Part shown: positions 1-11,662 of the stretch, one piece after another
Position numbering within the stretch: the first letter of the stretch is position 1
How the letters are laid out: each line of letters opens with the position of its first letter
Source of the DNA: Catajapyx aquilonaris
Taxonomy: Eukaryota
Direction: 5' to 3'
DNA: 41,004 nt
NCBI GenBank assembly: GCA_000934665.2
Contig: JYFJ02003480.1
Coordinates: forward strand, 1-41,004
Program-made: the position numbers and the translations under genes
The notes under the pieces: generated by a model
The model's database searches: none
What the model saw: only the letters and a program-made list of their open reading frames with translations
What the model was told of the DNA's origin: nothing

Positions 1-359
1 AATCACATTCGAATGGCTGATGGTTGGATCTGCAGATGGGGGCTGAATGGGAGTTGACAATATTTAGGTACGTTCAGAACGGTTCAGAAGTCGTCTGCCC
101 GAATGCGATTTGGTACAGCGCTCCACATCCGGGGATAGAGAACTTGAAGCGCACGCAAAAAGAGAGGGAGTTGCAGGGGGCTGGTGTACCCTTTCCCCAA
201 TTATTCTCAAAATTTCTTATCTTATCCTTGGGCTGGAAATGCCTAGAAGCCCCTCTTATATGCCATTGTTTAAAGGGAGAAAATGATAGCATACCATCCA
301 ATAAAATAAGTCCCTTGACATGGAACAGAAAACAATGGACAGGAACAAAGTTACCATGA

Positions 360-1320
360 ATTACTATGTGGCAACTTTTCAAAGATGATTGTAACTAATG
401 TAAGGATTTATGGCACTGTTCCAATTTTAGTATATGTACTGCCTAAGTGATAGAACTGCAGGAGATGTACGCTCAATTTCACCAACATGTTTAAATATTA
501 TGTAGATGTGCAGGACTGAGATCACATTTTTGTAATAACGAGGAATGTCATGCGTGCTCCAAGACACATCAGCTGCCTAACTGCAAAAGACGGGAGTTGA
601 ATTTGGGGAGTGTACCTTCAGTTCTCCTGCCCAGCTGGTACTTGGCGGGTACACTTGGGAACTGCAGTACCACCTTGATGCAGGATGGTACACAAAGTTT
701 CCACTGATGTTAATATGGGCTCAAATCTGAAACACATTGAATACATCACTTCCAGGTTTCAAATTGCAACCATATGGTACACTACAAATGTTCAAAAAAT
801 TATATAACAGTAAAAACACAGATTGAGGCAGGATAATCTGTAAACAACTCCAAGGGACAATTTTCATTAAGTTGGATCAAAATGTTCTACAAGTATTTCA
901 AACTGAAATTCAGTGAAAAGGTCACTGTTGGGTAGGTGCTTCACTTGCAATACGTCATATTTGAAGCAGATGAGTTATGTAAGTAATATTGCAATACCAC
1001 ATAACTCCATCCTTGTCCGTGACACTGAATATTCAATGTGCATTCCAAACAAACCATTCATTGAGGCCTACTTACAGACAGTTTGTTCAATAATAAGTTG
1101 CTCTGCATTAGCTACTGAGACTAACCACCAGGTCTTAAATGTAATTGAACTGTAGCCTACCATCCAGATGACCAGAACATTGATCGGTATACCACTATTC
1201 CACATGTATCCTGCAAAATATTACTATTCCAGTGAAGTCTGGCAGAAATACCAGAATGCGTGGCACATTCCCATCGCATCACTGGTATTTGGTGTACAGA
1301 ATTTCTGCAGAAATGTCGGT
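360..1320 (+). mobile_element. Decayed THAP-domain DNA transposase relic (possibly Kolobok-type)
   Basis: Frame from 504 reads RCAGLRSHF...KRRELNLGSVPSVLLP, like the THAP C-terminal HF...RxLxxxAVPS signature with similar spacing. It is followed by SLLGRCFTC (CxxC, ORF 913..1155), PNKPFI...IISCSALAT and KYYYSSEVWQKYQ...LVFG in the order expected for THAP-linked transposases. Broken by stops and frameshifts; boundaries approximate. Confidence 0.4.
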
Positions 1321-1399
1321 ATCCCATTCGCAAATATTCGATTCTGACTTCGAGAATTAGCCACTAATATGGTCCACTCCCCCTTCTACGTACACCCCT

Positions 1400-1780
1400 T
1401 TTCCACACCTAACATACCCCTCCTCCTACCCGAAGAATATGCCATACCACTACTCTATCCAACCAACAATACCTGAAGAAAACCCCAGCCCCAACCGGCT
1501 CTTGCCCACACCTTGGCGCCTCAATATCTCTTCCTCGCCCGTCACCCAGCTGTGGAATACTTCGCACCACACGCAAGTACGGCCACTTCTTTATACGTAT
1601 CACACCTGACGTTGTACCCCGGGAGGTGTCTGGCAGTCAATCTTCCACCAACGCCTGTCCGTGTTCGATTATTCGATTGCAGACTCCCTAAAATCCCGGC
1701 TGCGGCGGAAGGGAGGAGGAGTAGAAGTGGGGAGGAGAAACAATACACGATACTTGTAGTGTTGACGATACCGTCTGTCT
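1400..1780 (-). mobile_element. Possible decayed non-LTR retrotransposon APE endonuclease fragment
   Basis: Minus-strand reading HLPGYNVRCDTYKEVAVL resembles the LPGY..RxDR..GGVAxL motif of LINE endonucleases; frameshifted, with no further support. Confidence 0.25.
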
Positions 1781-3322
1781 AACTACGCAACTTGGAACCG
1801 CCGTTTTTAACAGGTGCTGTACGTACATGTGAAGCGTAATGTAGCTGATGTATTGAGAGAGTTAGTTACATATCACTTGCCAGTTTTTTCCACTTATTTT
1901 CAATGTACGCTCTTGCATGCCTGTAGCACAGGGTCACGAGGTGTATAGTCAAGGACAGCGCGTGATATTGCTGTTCAAGGACTTTCGTTACGGTGTGACG
2001 CGTAATGGGAACTGTTGTCACGGTGGGATATACCCGGAAATGATTGTTGTAAGACGTTGAACTTGACTGGGAACAATGTCGGAGCCGGTGCGAACAAATG
2101 CGATGGTCCCAAAAGAATGCGATATTGTAGGGACGATAGTCCCTATAAGTAAGATCCTCGTGCAAAAACAACAATGAAAATTTTCCTTGTTGTTGGGAGG
2201 ACGTTTTTCTGTCAAGCATATCTCAAAAACCGTTGCAAGTACAGCCTTCATATTTTGAACACGTATCCGGCCCGACGTGCTGCAGTGCCCGATCCCCTAC
2301 ACAAAAAACCCAAGGACGTAATAGAACCCCGAAATAAAATTATAAGTGAATAATTCATTATGAGCAGCGATGCGTGCAACTGGAATCCATGTGTCACAAT
2401 AGTCACACATTATTTAGAATATTATTTTGTGTAAATATCATCTCTACACTTTATGCGGAATTACGTACGATAACTGCTTAAATAAATATATGCTTTACCT
2501 TATTTTCATTACATTATTATTAAATAAACATTTCATTCATTCAACTTGTTATTATATTTCATTCAGTTTCCACGGTATCCTCCTTAGGTCAACAATTGAG
2601 TGACTCGATTATGACTGTGTTGTTGCCAACCATCAAATATTATTGAATTTGTCTTAGATACGATAACTGTATCATGTTCGTATGAATTCCATTCGATCTT
2701 CGTGTCATCAGTCCTCCTGCACCCTTCAACCACTTAAACTAACTAAACTGAAACTATCTTGATTTTGGTAAGTTAATGGATTTATAATTCACGCAGGCTT
2801 AGTAAACCCCTGCGGTTCGTCCTTGCCGGTATATACGTAGCCCAACCAGTATAAGACTTTGGTGTTGCCCCCTTTCTCCTCCCGCTGATTCGAACGGCAA
2901 CCACTTACCACATAGGCATACGACGCCCGTATGATATATGACTTTAATGTTATTCTCACTCCCAATAACCGACTTTCTTCCCTTTCTCTCACCATCATGT
3001 ACCAGGATGATGAGAGAGGCCATGATCTTATTTTTTTTGTCCCTGCAATACTAGAGTAGTATTTTGAGGAGACTTGTGTCCACATGGGAAAGTGATTGAG
3101 TGGGCATGGGTATAGGACCCGAACAACACGACCACCTCCACGTGGTGGGTCCTGGGTACAGCCGGGTAGCGAATAATTACTTCTAACCACCTCATACATT
3201 TGAGAACTTAGACAGATGTCATGAAGAAGGGACTTGTGATAATGAAATTTGGTCGGAAAGAAATTAACCAAGCAACCAACTATAAGCAGCCATCTTTCAC
3301 AAGATAAAACTAATCAGAAATC

Positions 3323-3650
3323 ATCTCTCTCCTCTCAACTGTGTACGAACCTTAACCCCTTCCAAAAAATCTTTCCAACGCCCAAGAGATGAAGAGGTAA
3401 GGATCCGCTCCTCTCTCTGTACCATGACAATTCCCACCATGCCTTTTCTACGTAGGTCCAGAACTTATATGACAAAAGTCGTTGAGACTCTCAACACTTC
3501 CTGACAATCCTGCCTGCCACCTCAACATCTCCATAAACTCTATCTCCACTCTCCTCTCAACTGTGTACGAACCTTAATAAAACCGACCAAGAAAATCTTC
3601 TCCCCGCCCAAGATGTAAAGTATCCGCTCCTCTCTCTATAGTCTGTACCA
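3323..3650. repeat. Diverged ~100-bp direct duplication
   Basis: ctcctctcaactgtgtacgaaccttaa ... atccgctcctctctct ... ctgtacca occurs at ~3328-3425 and again at ~3550-3650. Confidence 0.75.
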
Positions 3651-3701
3651 TCCTATGAGTATAACTGCATGTTCAGGTTGCTTTGTCAAAAAATAGCTGC
3701 A

Positions 3702-4434
3702 ATTATCACAAAAACTAATTCCCTACGGAATTGTAAAAAAAAGGAAAGTAAGATCCAAGTAACGGATAGAAATTACTGAAACAAGACTGGGCTGCGTAAG
3801 ATCTTCAACCTTATGGATAAATGTCACCCAGAGATCTTACTTCCGCATTTTACACAATAATTAGATTTGTATCATGGGGATGATCAAAGCGTCTTTGTTC
3901 ATCAAGGTATAGTTGTGCAATTTGGGATTATTAATGCTTATTATAATAATATAATATAATAATAAATAATAATAATATGATAATAAGAATAAACGATTTA
4001 AAAATGTTATTAATTGGTTCATCGATTAGCTGAGTGGCTGGAAGGTTAAATGTTTCACATTATAATAATTCACATATAATAATACAATAATATAATATAA
4101 TATAATATAATATATTTAATAAGGATAAAGGATAAATATTATCCTTGAATTAATTAATTTGTTCATCGATTTACTGAGTAGCTTGAATGTTTAGTGGTCC
4201 ACACAGATTGCCTTATTAGCATTAGAACGGCTGATGGACAAAGACGCTTTGATCATCACCATGATACAAATCTAATTATTGTGTAAAATGCGGAAGTAAG
4301 ATCTCTGGGTGACATTTATCCATAAGGTTGAAGATCTTACGCAGCCCAGTCTTGTTTCAGTAATTTCTATCCGTTACTTGGATCTTACTTTCCTTTTTTT
4401 TACAATTCCGTAGGGAATTAGTTTTTGTGATAAT
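3702..4434. mobile_element. Foldback-like element / long inverted repeat
   Basis: Arms 3702-3904 and 4232-4434 (203 bp each) are reverse complements with 2 mismatches seen. The 327-bp AT-rich spacer holds (ATAAT)n-like tracts and a diverged ~49-bp direct repeat (~4011-4059 / ~4155-4203). No clear TSD. Confidence 0.8.
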
Positions 4435-5581
4435 CTCAATTTGTATGCGTATGGGCAGGACGAGCCGTTGTTACCCTAACAATCACAAACATTTTTAAAA
4501 TTCTGAAATAAAAAATATCTACGATGAAGAGAGAGAAAACGCATTCTTGTCATATCCCGGTGCGTACAATACAGTACACAAAAATATATGCAAATTATTC
4601 AAAATAGATAGGTCAAAGAACAAATAAGTAGGCCTACGATAGATAACTGAATTGAACGTAGGACCTTTATGTGACTCATGAGTCATGACATAAATCATGG
4701 ATTTTTTCTGTCACAGCACAAAAACAGAAAGGTCTAACATGCTCATGCGTGTGCAGTAGAGTACGTGCCGGTACGTACGTGCTATTCATAACAACAATTC
4801 GCTCTGGTAGGCAGCTCAACAAATGCGCAGAAAACCCCCCAACAGACCTAAGGATTACTGCGGGAAAAAATCATCAGCAAATTAAATAGTATAAAATAAT
4901 ACACAATGCATCTGAAGGAGAAGGCTGAAATCGGTGTGATATAGCCTATTGCGATATTATAGCCTATAATAGAAAGAGGTTTTTAGATAGCCATAGGCTG
5001 CATGCTATAATAATTAACGATTATGGTTGCGTTTTTAAAGCTCCTGTTATCTCGAGAGTCGTGTCTGGTGATGTAACTACCTGATTTAGGCGAGTTCAAG
5101 TGTTTAGAGGTGGAAAATGCCCTTTGCCCTGTCTTAAGTTGCCAGCTATTACCACATGAAGGTCGTAGATCCTTCAGGACAAAATCACCGGAATCGTTCC
5201 TAATTTGGTCCAGGTCCTTACACTCTCTCAAAAAAGTACTCAAAAAATATAACACAAGGTCCCAAAGGCTACCAGCTCATGACAATCTTCTGGAAAAGAG
5301 GACAGCAGCCGTCCAGCTATACGATAAAAAGTGAAGAATACGGTAGGCTATAGTTAATAATATATTTTCAGAAATACTACCATCCATTAACATTTGTAAT
5401 GAAATATATTTTTGTGCGTTTCTTAATGCCGTATATTAAGTTATGAATTCAAAATTACGCCGAAAGTATTGTCTTTACAATATGGGCATCTGCAATATAT
5501 TGAATAAGCGGCGTACATCCGAAACGACAGCTATTACATACAAATGGCGATTTTTGAGTTGGAAAATGGCATAGTCTATAG

Positions 5582-5797
5582 CAGTACGTGGTTTCCAACC
5601 TGGGGGTCGCGGGCCTTAGTTCAACTTTTATTTTTGCAATTTCTGTGTAAATTGAACCATTTTTGCGGCCGTACAGAGTGTATGTTTTCTGGAAATGGGT
5701 CAGTTGTATAGAAGGGGCCGGGGGGAGGGGGGGGGTCGCACATTTATGGAAACATGTTTAGGGGGTCGCAGTTGTGGTAAAAGGTTGGAAACCACTG
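5582..5797 (+). mobile_element. hAT-type MITE, copy 1
   Basis: TIR GTGGTTTCCAACCT...AGGTTGGAAACCACTG (left end has a small insertion); 8-bp TSD gtctatag at 5574-5581 and 5798-5805; closely similar copy at 32838-33066. Confidence 0.9.
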
Positions 5798-6186
5798 GTC
5801 TATAGGATTTTGGGAGTTGAAAGGGGCTTGACATGATCACTGTAGAGACCCGCATATTTTTGTCCAGTCCGCTTGTGATGAAAACAACCTTTGCATATAG
5901 TTGTATGTAGAGGATTGGAGGTCGGCAGGTGGCTTAAATCAAACCAAGGCAAAACTGCGTATAATATAAAACACGGATATGTTGACAGCAAGTTGAATCC
6001 CATGCCAGCAGTCAGATATGATACAACACATTATATCTGCTGCAGGTCAGAGTGAAGATTTGTGATAAATTGGCTCTAGAAATGATGGACCAATAGAAAG
6101 TGATCGTCCAATCAGATGATGCATGACCAGGTATAATTTGGCTACGTGACTTTCAGTGTATGGCCTAAACCTTACTCTGCAACAAT

Positions 6187-8282
6187 ATGGCAGACGATAT
6201 TTCCTTTTGGGAGGAGAAATGGGCCAAGAGTGAGGCTCATTGGCACATGTCCGACGTACATCCAATGCTGAAGCAGCACATCGAATCACTTCAGCAGGAT
6301 GGAAAGAAACCCATCAAGATTTTTTTCCCATGCTGTGGGAAAGCCGTCGACATGAAATGGTACGTTATACCTTCTCACAAAAAATGTCCTTTCTTGTCTC
6401 ATCCCGGATGTTGCGTCACTGACACCTGCTGCCAAAAATGACGCGAAATGCACGTGTTTTCTCTCAGCTGCGCCATTTACCGAGATGCGTGATGCAAAGG
6501 TTTGACAGAGTTATCTTGAGTTGCTCAGTTGGCAATTGCGTCGTTATAAAGAACAAAGATGTCATCTAGTGACGCATTTGTTTCTCATTCCAGGCTGTAT
6601 GACAATGGGCATTGTGTAGTCGGAGTGGATGTTATTGAAAAGCCATTGACCGATTTCATGTCTGAGAATGATCTCGAATATGAACAAGAGCTGTTGCCAA
6701 ATGGACAAGGGAATGTATTGAAAGTAGGTGCATTATACGAGATATTTGCGGGGGAAGGCGAAAGAATAGACGCAATAATGACTTCGAATGCATGGTTTGT
6801 TTAAATGTACTTAAGTAAGTACAATCGAATAAAGGCATTGTTGTGTCTTTTCTCTTGCCTTCCCCCTCTATCCAATGTCACTCCCTGCTTCCCGCCCTTA
6901 TGGACCTGCAGCTATTTGAAAATCTGCTCTCCTACCAACCACTCGAATGTGAAAGTAATAACAATGGTAAATGAGATATGTCCTGATTTTTTGCATATTT
7001 TTACCTGAACTTATTTGCAAACATGTTTACGTACAGGTGAGTGGCTCACCTTCATCTGAGTGGACCTTGTAATGTGCACTTCTACATGTAATGTACCGGT
7101 ATGCATCATGAACAGAATTTTTCACAGTGAGGCGGCCGAACGTACAAATAAGCCGCAGGTTTATATGCTCATTCCATAATAATATTCAATTAGGACTGAA
7201 AGTGTGGATTACCGTCATTAACTAGGTAAATATTGATATTGTAGCTGCAACTTATCTGTACCAAATAAGAACAATGTGTTGACAGCATATTCGCCAAAAG
7301 ATGGCCTTAAAATGCTTCCAGTTGCAATATTCCAGCCCTAGTTTTTAAAAACTTGCCAGACACCTTGGTGAATAAATAAGATATGCTACAGCACATGACT
7401 TATTAAATTTGCATTTAATTATAGAGTAGTGACTTACAAAAGCCTGTCTTAGCAAAGACCTTCACTCCACCCTGACGATTGCTGTGCTTTAATAACAAAT
7501 TACAACATTCATCATCATAAATTATTGCAGACAAAAGATGGAAGACTTCAACTCTACAACTGCGACCTGCTCAAGTTTGGTCCGGATTATTGCGGAAAAT
7601 TTGACTTGATATGGGACAGGGCTTCTCTGGTCGCCCTTCCTGTCGAAATCAGGAAACCGTAAGTTAGTTGGCTCTGCTATAAGGCAAATGTATATTGTTG
7701 TAATGTGTACAGTGCTCCAGGAGGCCTCTACATTATTGCGAGCACAATCACCTGGCAAAAGAAAACAGTAAGCTGCAACTCAGATTTGTTAAAGAATACT
7801 ATATTTTTTTGAGAAGGTACAGTAAATAACTATAGAATTGAATCTACGTATTTCGTGCTTTGCAGCTAATGTGCGTGTGCTAAAAGTCAGGACCGGTGTG
7901 TATCATGCATCAATATGCCTGTACTTATGGGTCAATATTTCAGATACGCCGATGCACTGATGAGTCTGATGAGTCCTACCTCCGAATACTTGGTGGTGGT
8001 GTTCGACTACGATCCACGTCTCCGTAAGGGACCTCCCAGATCTGTTCCCAGAAGCTCAATGGATCAGTTGTATGGTACGTATATGGTCCTTATGGAACGA
8101 TTGGCCGTCAGTCGTGTCAAATTGCAATAAAGCTATATGATTACGACATTACAGGTGGAGCATGTGACTTGAAGATGGTGCACGAAGCCGACAGCGAAGA
8201 GGAGTTCTCGCAACTGAATGTGCCAATCATTCCAGGTTGCATGACCCGAACGTATCTAATCACACTCAAATCTATGAATTAG
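6187..8282 (+). CDS. TPMT: Thiopurine S-methyltransferase (SAM-dependent), 229 aa, 5 exons
   Basis: Exons 6187-6359, 6594-6723, 7531-7658, 7944-8074, 8155-8282; all GT-AG with consistent phases; 690 nt. TPMT-family motifs: FWEEKW...WH..DVHPML, FFPCCGKAVDMKWL..GHCVVGVD, GKFDLIWDRASLVAL, YDP...GPP.SV. Confidence 0.95.
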
Positions 8283-8721
8283 ACAATGCGAGAGGCCGAT
8301 ATTGAGTGATCTGGGTCGCGACACTGCGTGTATACATGTCTAAAATAATAATCATCTCTGGTTAATTTTGGACATTGGATATTAAAAAATAATATTGGAC
8401 ATTGCAAGTACTTTTTAATTAACCTTTCCCCAGCCAATTAACAAGGTCAAAGTCAGTAGGCACTGATTTTCTTGATCTATACTCTCGGAATTAATAATGC
8501 AGTACCGTATCTGAAAAGGAGAAGCAGCTGGAAGATATTTTTACTTTACACATTGCTTAAAACATGGCATCGCATAATGTAATGTTTAATCTTCAGGCCC
8601 ACTTCTAGAATTTTATCGGCGAGGGAACTGTCTGCAAGCAATTGGTTTTTTATTGCAGTAGCGGAGGCAATAGTAATTCTTATGCTAGTCTAGAACGCGA
8701 TCAACATGGTTATCAACAATA

Positions 8722-9419
8722 AAGGGTGATCGAAAAAGAATGCGCGTGTTTTAAAGCCCTATAACTCGAAAACTTGTAGACATAATTATATAAATGATTT
8801 AAGTTTTGAAATTCCACGAAATGTCTAAAGTTTTGATCTCGCCTTATTTTGTTTCCATATGAGCTTCAGTTGTAGTTAAGCATATAAAAAAGGCGGTATT
8901 CGGTCTCTTGACCAACCCGCTCAATCAGATTTGTAGTTACAGTTTACAATCATATCCCGTAGGTCCTGGATATCTCGGATATTTACACCACACATATTGT
9001 TCTTGATGATTCAAATAAAAAGTCGCCTCATCCATGAAACAAACCTGCCGTAGAGAAGTTTCATTTGTTTAGCCTCCCAGTGTGCGAAGTCTTTAATGAG
9101 AAGTTTCCCCATGCCTAGACCTCCCAGAAGCCCAGATCTTACCCCGTTGGACTTTTTTGTGGAGATACATGTACTACATGGTGAAAAGATTGGGAATCTT
9201 CAGCACACACGTGATGAGATTGCAACGGTAACGCCAGATATGACTGAGCGGGTTAGGCATTTCTCTAGCGACACATGGAGTTCATATCGAAACAAACCAT
9301 GGGAAGACCAAAACCTTAGACACTTCTTAGCGTTTCAAAACTTAAATCATTTAGATATGTGTACAAGTTTTCGAGTTATAGGGTTTCAAAATCCACGCAT
9401 TCTTTTATTTCTTATACTA
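8722..9419 (+). mobile_element. Non-autonomous Tc1/mariner deletion derivative, copy 1
   Basis: Starts TA|aAGGGTGATCGAAAAAGAATG; long imperfect TIRs; internal residual transposase motif PPRSPDLTPLDFF (ORF 9096..9422); homologous to 35525-36231 in the opposite orientation. Right end degenerate. Confidence 0.85.
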
Positions 9420-11628
9420 TAGGGAGAAGAGATTAGTCTCGCTGTGTACTGTATTATTTTAAAGGCCTACATGAAATGATTTGTTCTCACATTATCGTGA
9501 TGTACTGATGTTGTAGAACATAGTCTGTTCCATCCCTTATTAGCGTTCCTGACTCCAGGTAGAGTAATATTATTTATCATGCACATTCAAGAATATACTT
9601 ACACGATGCTCCCGTTATCTTTTTGATATATGAGGCACGGCATTTTTTGGGGTCAGAAAAGAGAAAACAAAAGTACGAGAATGGAACGTGTCACATTTAC
9701 AAAACAAATCACATCCATTTTATCTGCCTTTGTGTAAAAAAAGTTCTCCTTGTAGCCTATACCGGTACTATCCTGTTGTCTAGGCAACCCGACTATCATG
9801 AAAGTTAGCTGAGTAATCTGATGGTGAGAGCATTATTAATGACCACAATGCATAATTGAAATATTTTTCCATGCATGTAACTTATAAGAATTGTAATGAC
9901 AATATTCTTTTTGGCATGTTCATATACAGTCAATAATTTCTAGAGCACATCTGATCATTCAAGGTTACACAATATGTGAAGACTTTTTTCTGCTTGGTTG
10001 ATAATAAAAAAGTCGGGACGTGATCCAGTCATTTTTTGTCTAAATTCCGGATGGCTGCGAGATTCATTCACTGCGGAGGGCGTTGATTACACAACTGTCG
10101 GCATGCAAAGTGAACTGGCGACTTTGAGTCACCTTACTACACGGTGCATTACTCTTACAATCTATACCTTCTAAGACCGTGCTCTATACTGTATAATCAG
10201 CCTGCGTATCTGCTGACTCTGTGTGCTTTTTTTTGCACAAGATTGAGAAGGGCGGTCCGGTAAATTCTCCATAGCTATCGTAAGTGCAAAACCAAAGACA
10301 AAGTCTGCTTATGATATGAAATGTACAAAATAAACTGTGATGAGATGTGATTTCCGCTACGATATAAGTGTGTTACAAAATGTTCATTCTCCTTCAGAAT
10401 TTCTACTGTGATGAAAAGCCAGTCCAGATGACAGCAATCGAATGATTAAACTGCAGTTCCGAAGAATTCCCTAATTTTCATTGTCGCTCATGCAACCTAC
10501 CAATATAATTTTCCAGATGTACTGTACTGTATAATTAGAGACAAATCTTATTCTTTAAAAAAAATCTGCACTCAGAGCCATCATATACTGTATATCAATA
10601 ATAATCGTTGTCATCAAGGGAATGTGTCATCTGACACGGAAATGCCGTGTATGATAGATAGTCGCTATATCATACTATATCATTATTTTCTAACGTATGA
10701 AAGGCGCCGACACGACCAATATGCAATAATTTCTATGATGATACTGCTCTCTTTTATTATGTAGATTTTTGCTCCTTTAGAAACCACTTGCCCCCATTGC
10801 AGCCAGAAAACCCTTTCTTGATTGCAAACTCATTTTTTGACCAAAATGTGACTCTACTCTGCATTCCAAGCCTTCAATTACTTTTCTCCCCCTTCTCTCA
10901 TTTTCCATTATGGAAAAGGGGTTTTATGGTATAGGAACAAAGAGGTGTAACCGGCCCCTAGGCAATAATCGGTGTTGATTTTCGTATCATTACCCAAGTG
11001 AATAACAGGAAACACGCTGCAGGTTGAGCCTCCATGCAACTATACCCGTCCTCGATTAGTAGTCAAACTGTAATTTATATGCATAGAAAAACAATTTAGC
11101 AAGCGATTATATGCGTAATGGATCCGAAATTGCAAACAACTACTATCTCGAGGGAAATTTTATTAGTGGAAATTATTGGCAATCACCCTTCAGGTAGGCC
11201 TAAACGCGAGAAGACACCTTTTGAAGCCCCCTGTGTGATGTTAAAGACTGTCATGGGGATTGAAGGCTCGAATATAACTTATCTCAGTTTACTTTGTATA
11301 AGTAGAGTAGTTCACCCATTATAATCCGTCTTGGATAAACGCAATGCAGCAACCTTCAAGCAGGAGGACAATGATTGATAATAATCTGAGCTTTTTTGCG
11401 CAACAAGTTTGAAAAGCCAAAAAATATTCCTCTAAACCCTGTTCATGTCAGGTATAAGTGATGCACTACCTAACATACCGATAGTCGGTCAATTGCTACA
11501 GTTAATATCTCTACGTTTCCTCAGTAGTTATATGCGCGAGAATTATTTTCTTGCAAAAAAAAAAAATTACAAATAATATCGGTCGCTCACTTTTATCACC
11601 GATAATGTAATCTATTCTTGAGGAGTGG

Positions 11629-11634
11629 TCAGTC
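11629..11634 (+). promoter_or_regulatory. Candidate initiator (TCAGTC) for the ANL-like gene
   Basis: Arthropod Inr-like TCAGTC about 30 nt upstream of the first in-frame ATG at 11663 (in-frame TAG at 11654). Short motif, could be chance. Confidence 0.3.
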
Positions 11635-11662
11635 GTTCTTGGGACGGGCCAGGTAGTACAAT

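Noticed and set aside
1076..1210. Minus-strand open segment between an AG and a GT reading YMWNSGIPINVLVIWMVGYSSITFKTWWLVSV, reminiscent of the actinoporin VPY...NWW region
   Set aside because: No compatible downstream exon extends it, and the + strand transposase-relic reading explains the region more coherently; probably chance.
1866..3271. Minus-strand ORFs of 117, 77 and 160 aa
   Set aside because: No recognisable family or splice-consistent model; 2789..3271 has only a faint resemblance to a LINE endonuclease.
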